The notes below the pieces were generated by a model, which had not been told where the DNA came from, did no database searches, and was given only the letters and a program-made list of their open reading frames with translations. 64,000 nucleotides of DNA from Candidatus Bathyarchaeia archaeon (GTDB lineage: Archaea; Thermoproteota; Bathyarchaeia; Bathyarchaeales; Bathycorpusculaceae). Of the stretch, positions 59,063 through 64,000 are shown piece after piece. The stretch spans positions 1,312,001-1,376,000 of the forward strand of contig JBEKKK010000001.1 in NCBI GenBank assembly GCA_050010755.1. Direction: 5' to 3'. The position numbers and the translations under genes are program-made. Each line of letters begins with the position of its first letter. Position 1 is the first letter of the stretch.

Positions 59063-60187
59063 ATGGTAGATGCTGCGGAACTCTTTGAAGCTATTTCGCA
59101 TCCTGAGCGAATAAGAATTCTCAAAATCCTTGAGAAGCAACCCACTAGCTTTGCTTCCCTGAAGAGACAGTTGGGCATTGACAGCAGCGGGAACGTCGAC
59201 TTCCACCTCAAGAAACTCGCAGAACTCGTCGCAGTCAGGGAGGATGGGTTGTACGGGTTGACAGCCGCAGGGAAAGAGGCTCTCCTGTCCATAGACGCAG
59301 TAGAAGCATGGGCGGAAATGGAGAGACGGAAAACCAAGATGTTCAGAAAAATGCCCAACGAAGCGTTCGCCCTTGGGTTGCTAGAAATCTGCAGCTCGAC
59401 AGCTTTAATCTTCTGGTTCTTGCTACCCCAAATTCAATTGCCTTTTATCATGGACAGCCTATGGGGATACATCTTTTTTGGGGCCCTGGTACTCCTAGGC
59501 TTCCGTTCAGGCATTGGCGCATTCTTCCATTTGAGCTGGAGCTGGACTATGACTCTGGCCAAATCAGCTCTGATCATTTCAATGAGCCTCTTTCTACTCG
59601 ACTACATCTGGACACCAGGAGCAGTCACACAATCAGGCCTCGTGGCGCTCTCGTATCTGGCCTTCGTTGCTGCGGAAATAGCTGCTGTAATTCTGGCATT
59701 GAGACCTTTACTAAAGGATTACCTTGGAATAATAAGCCGGGCCAAACTGCCCCGCCGTGACCTCATCGGCAGCCTACTATGCATCTCCGGGGGGATGCTG
59801 CTAATTCTTCTGGAAAATGCAGTTCGCTTTCACGTTCTTCCGAACACGTTAAACCTACTAATGCTACCCGACCATGTTGGCACAGTTTTCGCCTCTATGG
59901 CCGATACATCCATTCTATGCGGCCTACTCATGATTGCCGGAGGCGTTCTAATTCCGCTAAGAAGCAGCATCCTGGGAGCCGTAATCAGCATCATCTTCGG
60001 GCTTTTCCCCACTCCGCTTTCTATCATTCCCTGGCTTCCAAAGCAAACAACCCACCACGCTTTCGAGCTCATATACGGAATAAACCAATCATTGCCGTAT
60101 GCCTTAATCGCCGCAATAGTCTACGCTCTGCCAATAGTTGGAGGGCTACTTGCTCTGTACAGTGCGTGGCGAAAAATCCGAACATAA
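59063..60187 (+). CDS. ArsR-type wHTH fused to a multi-pass membrane domain
   Basis: FEAISHPERIRIL...FHLKKL...YGLTAAG, then about 8 TM. Confidence 0.85.
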   Translation: MVDAAELFEAISHPERIRILKILEKQPTSFASLKRQLGIDSSGNVDFHLKKLAELVAVREDGLYGLTAAGKEALLSIDAVEAWAEMERRKTKMFRKMPNEAFALGLLEICSSTALIFWFLLPQIQLPFIMDSLWGYIFFGALVLLGFRSGIGAFFHLSWSWTMTLAKSALIISMSLFLLDYIWTPGAVTQSGLVALSYLAFVAAEIAAVILALRPLLKDYLGIISRAKLPRRDLIGSLLCISGGMLLILLENAVRFHVLPNTLNLLMLPDHVGTVFASMADTSILCGLLMIAGGVLIPLRSSILGAVISIIFGLFPTPLSIIPWLPKQTTHHAFELIYGINQSLPYALIAAIVYALPIVGGLLALYSAWRKIRT

Positions 60188-60299
60188 ACTAACCATACTG
60201 CATGCACTAAGAAATGTCTTGCATAAACCTGGGCGACCAGCGCGCGCTAACAAACCATTATATTTGTTGAACCGTAACTGTAGTAATGAGGTTTACTGA

Positions 60300-60413
60300 A
60301 TGGGAATAATTCAAAAGAAATGTTCAGTTTGCGGAAAAGCCTTTACGACATTAGATGCCAAAACCAAGTATTGCAGTGCCCAATGCGCCAAAAAAGCAAA
60401 TAAGAAAAAGTAG
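60300..60413 (+). CDS. 37-aa basic Zn-finger microprotein
   Basis: MGIIQKKCSVCGKAFTTLDAKTKYCSAQCAKKANKKK; GAGGT upstream. Confidence 0.6.
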   Translation: MGIIQKKCSVCGKAFTTLDAKTKYCSAQCAKKANKKK

Positions 60414-60559
60414 CCCGCATGCCTGCTATTCATAGCTTCGCGCGCGGGAACTTAAGGTAAAGCTTAATCTTGCACACATGGTTAATGATAATCTCCAAAC
60501 CTAAATGCCAAAAAAGATGTACTTGAGAAGACGCTAAAGGAAACCACAGGAAGTTAGAT

Positions 60560-60841
60560 ATGTCCAAGAAGAGGCAATCTAGAGCCGCAGATAACGCCGC
60601 TGAAGTAAAGGAATTCCTTGAAGTAACCCAATTTTCATCAGTTTTTACTAATATGAATTGTGTCGCCTCCAGACAGAGACACTACTACTGCGAACACTGC
60701 AAAGCCTATGTCTCAAATATTGACGCTGATGAGAAATTTGAATTAGTTGCCTCATTCATAACACGAACTATCACGGAAGTTGTTACTGCCAAACACAAAA
60801 AGTGTGGACAATTATTAACAGAAAAATTCTGGGAAGGATGA
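60560..60841 (+). CDS. Hypothetical Zn-binding protein
   Basis: CEHC...HKKC. Confidence 0.5.
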   Translation: MSKKRQSRAADNAAEVKEFLEVTQFSSVFTNMNCVASRQRHYYCEHCKAYVSNIDADEKFELVASFITRTITEVVTAKHKKCGQLLTEKFWEG

Positions 60842-61324
60842 ACTAAACGCGCTATCACAACACAATTCTAGCGAAATTGATGGTTTCCTCAGCAATGAAA
60901 CTATCCTTTATTGAAATGGCTTGATCAAGCTACGACACTCGCAATTCGCTTTATCGGGCACCTTCGCGTTAGGTTGGCTGGGTTGAGCGTGCGTGTGCCG
61001 TTGACTTTTTTCGTTTCTCAGTCCAGACAATGCTCCAACCTACAAACCATTCCAATATTTTGAATGCCCGCACGTACAAATTGCCCAGCGGTTTCCTCAA
61101 TTGGCTTGCCCAAACATTGCTAGTGACTAAATGTTCTCTTACGCCTTTTTGTTAAGTCCAGTTCAGTAAATAGTCAAATGTTTTTCGCATAATCACAGGG
61201 GGGGTTGTTTTGTTTTGCTTCTGTTTTTCTTGCATTCCTGGGATGCGTGCAAGAGAGCGCTCTCCCTTTCACTGCGCGTGTGTGGAAATCGATATGAGCC
61301 CAAATTTACGTTATCCACGGCTGT

Positions 61325-62026
61325 TCATACGGTTTCAGAAAGTATCCTCTTTAGAATCGTCAATCCATGTCTCAGCTTTAGCTTTTTCTCGCCCAATCTT
61401 TTTCTATATCGGATTGGAACTTCAACGATGTCGTAACCCTTCTTCTCGACGTAATGGTTCAGCTCGGCTTCAACATCGAAGCCTTTTGATCTCGGCTTCC
61501 AATCTTTCATGATATCCCACCTCACAAGGCGCAGACCAGTTAGCGGATCTTCCAGGTGGACCCCGTTCAACAGGTTGTGAGCGAAGGCCAACAATCTGTT
61601 TCCAACATAAAACATGTTATGCATTGATTCGAAATCGAGACTTCCAGCGAACCTGTTCCCACAGACCATGCCCGTCTGCGGATTCTCCTCAAGTATTCTA
61701 ACCATCTTGAGCAAATGTTCCGCTGGGTAAGTATAGTCCGCGTCGATGAACACCACATATCTAGCATCAATTAGCTGCGCATGAGCTATTGCGGTTGCGA
61801 TCGCATCGCCTTTACCTGAACCTTTCTGTGTTAAAACTACAGCTCCCATGCTCTCGGCGATCTTCGTCGTACAATCCGTACTCCGTCCATCGACAACCAA
61901 GCAAAAGGGCTTATCCAAACAAGTCTTGATCTCGGCAAGCGTCGGGCCCACTCCTCTCTCTTCGTTCAGAGCGGCGACTATCACCAATATTGACGGTAAA
62001 CCACGTGTTTTCTGAATCATGAACAA
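61325..62026 (-). CDS. GT2 glycosyltransferase (dolichol-P-sugar synthase-like)
   Basis: ALNEE, VVDGRSTD, GKG, DADYTYP, GFDVEAE, YRKRLGEKK. Confidence 0.92.
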   Translation of the reverse strand: MFMIQKTRGLPSILVIVAALNEERGVGPTLAEIKTCLDKPFCLVVDGRSTDCTTKIAESMGAVVLTQKGSGKGDAIATAIAHAQLIDARYVVFIDADYTYPAEHLLKMVRILEENPQTGMVCGNRFAGSLDFESMHNMFYVGNRLLAFAHNLLNGVHLEDPLTGLRLVRWDIMKDWKPRSKGFDVEAELNHYVEKKGYDIVEVPIRYRKRLGEKKLKLRHGLTILKRILSETV

Positions 62027-62280
62027 GACATCTCAGGCGCGCGAGGTGCCTCATCATCATCGCGCTTTGCTGTGTTCTTATTGAAGCTACCGCAGCGCTT
62101 GCCCTTAGATTCTAGATCAGGGCACTGCGATCTTCAATCATTCTCCGCTATTTGCTCTCCATCCCTTCTGATTTAAAGCAGCAAGAACCATCAGGTTAGA
62201 ACCTGCTCGTTCTTAACACTTTAAATAGGCATGAGGGCAGCAAAGATTTTTGCACGTTCCGATGTTAGTGCCGACGCCTG

Positions 62281-62592
62281 CTAGAATCGTGATATCAACG
62301 ATCCAGCCTCTTTCTTGCGGCGGATCTTTCCCATGTTCACGAAGTTTGCCAGAAAATCCCTCCCCTGATCTGTCGTCGTGTAAACAATCCTCATCTCGTT
62401 CACGTTTCCTCCCCCGTACACGACGCTCAGGGAGATGTACCGCATGCCGAGAAGCATGCTCACATACTTGCTCAGCCGCGTGAAATTCAAATTCGCTCTG
62501 TAGACGACGCTAGTCTTCGCTGCCCCGTCCAGACAAGTTTCTAGGATATCGCAGATGATTTCGACCTGACTTCTTCGATGGGCAACCAACAT
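62281..62592 (-). CDS. Archaeal winged-helix regulator
   Basis: RRSQVEIICDIL...KTSVVYRANLNF. Confidence 0.85.
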   Translation of the reverse strand: MLVAHRRSQVEIICDILETCLDGAAKTSVVYRANLNFTRLSKYVSMLLGMRYISLSVVYGGGNVNEMRIVYTTTDQGRDFLANFVNMGKIRRKKEAGSLISRF

Positions 62593-62706
62593 TAACACCA
62601 TTAAATCTGCCAAAAGTACATTAAACAAGAAGTGAAGCAAGAGCTATTAACAGTTTCGAAATGTTTAAATAAAAAAGAAACAGGCCCCCAGCAACGCAAT
62701 TGATTG

Positions 62707-63390
62707 CTAGATCCATTTGATGATGGGTTCATTCTTCTTCGGCCGCATCGCGCGAGCCTCAGGGACGTCCTTTGGATAGCCGAGCACGATGGGTCCGTAT
62801 ACTCGTTCACTATCCTTCAACTCGAGGGCTTGCACGACACCCGCATCGCCTGTGACCATTGAACCGAACCCCACATAGCAGCTTCCAAGACCAAGAGAGC
62901 AAGCGGCAAGCATGATGTTCTCGCAGGCTAACGCACAACTTAGAGCGTGTTCAGCCGGGCCAATCACAAAGAGAATGACAGGTGCAGAATAGTAAACCAT
63001 GTCTTTAGGTTCGTCCATTACCCCGCGGAGCCTCGTCACCTTCTCGTAATAGTCGGGGTGAGTCTCTTTGATTTCTTCATACATTCCATTCCATATAGGG
63101 AGCGTGGCCCGAACCAGTTTCTGTATAAACTCCGGGTCCTCGACAACGACAAACCGCCAAGGCTGAAAAAGAGCCTCCACACTTCCTTTTTCCTCCCTTC
63201 CCTGCGACGGCGCCAGATTGCCAGCCTCGATTATCGCATTAATGATACCCCTCGGAACTGGCTTTGGCATATAGGCCCTAACAGACTGCCTGTTCTTTAT
63301 GACTTCAATTACCGGATTCGTCACTACCTTATTGAGGTCTTCTGGCTCCAACTTTCTGTTCTTTCTTTCATCATCAACCATGTTTCTCAT
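62707..63390 (-). CDS. Nitroreductase family protein
   Basis: RQSVRAY, APS, QPWRFVVV, ENIMLAACSLGLGSC. Confidence 0.92.
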   Translation of the reverse strand: MRNMVDDERKNRKLEPEDLNKVVTNPVIEVIKNRQSVRAYMPKPVPRGIINAIIEAGNLAPSQGREEKGSVEALFQPWRFVVVEDPEFIQKLVRATLPIWNGMYEEIKETHPDYYEKVTRLRGVMDEPKDMVYYSAPVILFVIGPAEHALSCALACENIMLAACSLGLGSCYVGFGSMVTGDAGVVQALELKDSERVYGPIVLGYPKDVPEARAMRPKKNEPIIKWI

Positions 63391-64000
63391 CTCCCAAATC
63401 TCTTCACAGCAGATTCAGATGAACTCTGTTCGAAACAGCCCACGTCGAACCCGAATCCGCACTGATCAGTTCGGTCAACCGACGACGAGTGGCTACCTTC
63501 TTTATTCTGGGAGAACTTGAACTTTGCCTCTGCCACAGAGACAGACATAATATTCTTCTCTTGAGCGACTTGCAAGTATCCAAACTTCACTCATTTCCAC
63601 CTTAAACCACTAGAGCAGTGGTCACGAGAGTTAAGGTGTTCTGTGCAATAGTGACCAGTCTAGCAGTCGGCCTGTCGACCAGCTCGTAGGTAGGGACGCG
63701 TCCGCAAGTCTACATTATTTCACTTTAACCTTGGTCTCTCCCCCCTTCAAGAATGCCGCATTGACAAACAACTTATACGGCTCAAAACTCGCCTTTCTCA
63801 TCGTGGCGCATCATGCTTTCAACCCGCCTAACCCTGAAGAAACATTCGCCATCGACGCTTGAGGATACACTGTGCTCAAGGGTTCGGCTCAGAATACTGA
63901 AGCTGCTCATCAGCTCTCAGAAACTTACCCCAGCCCAGATCGCGGCCAAAGTAGGAGTTAACTATGTTGTGGTGCGCGCGCATCTCGAAGCTCTCGAAAA

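Noticed and set aside
38149-60250. Classical integron cassette array
   Set aside because: No consistent RYYYAAC/GTTRRRY attC boxes, mixed gene orientation, and no evident IntI-type insertion in the integrase

Overview
Archaeal chromosomal window, probably TACK/Bathyarchaeia-like (inferred from archaeal-type TBP, DnaG, PolB3, pelota, DUF1512, a TackOD1-like protein, a stand-alone 5S rRNA and cohesin/dockerin modules). It has three zones. (1) About 1-4.8 kb is an accessory fringe with small genes and gene fragments. (2) About 4.8-37 kb is a core block: moeA x2, endonuclease IV, intron-containing tRNA-Trp, 5S rRNA, map, trpS-pheS-pheT-tyrS, dnaG, polB, aldehyde:ferredoxin oxidoreductase, pelota, nikR, tbp, tRNA thiolase, adenylate kinase and RNase P RNA. 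(3) About 37-64 kb is a large accessory region. It begins with an ~8.55 kb tyrosine-integrase element inserted in the 3' end of the RNase P RNA gene (exact 24-bp direct repeat at 36940-36963 and 45492-45515). The element carries a PD-(D/E)XK-like nuclease and two different TIR-like proteins. After it comes a patchwork of short, mostly membrane or stress genes. The most striking unexplained signal is the motif GCGCGCGC(TA) at most gene junctions of the accessory zones and next to truncated gene fragments, but rare in the core block. This suggests an undescribed gene-module shuffling or site-marking system. Other candidates are a ~230-nt rod-like kink-turn RNA between pheT and tyrS and a PolB whose proofreading motifs are degenerate. 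All calls were made by eye; no database searches were run.
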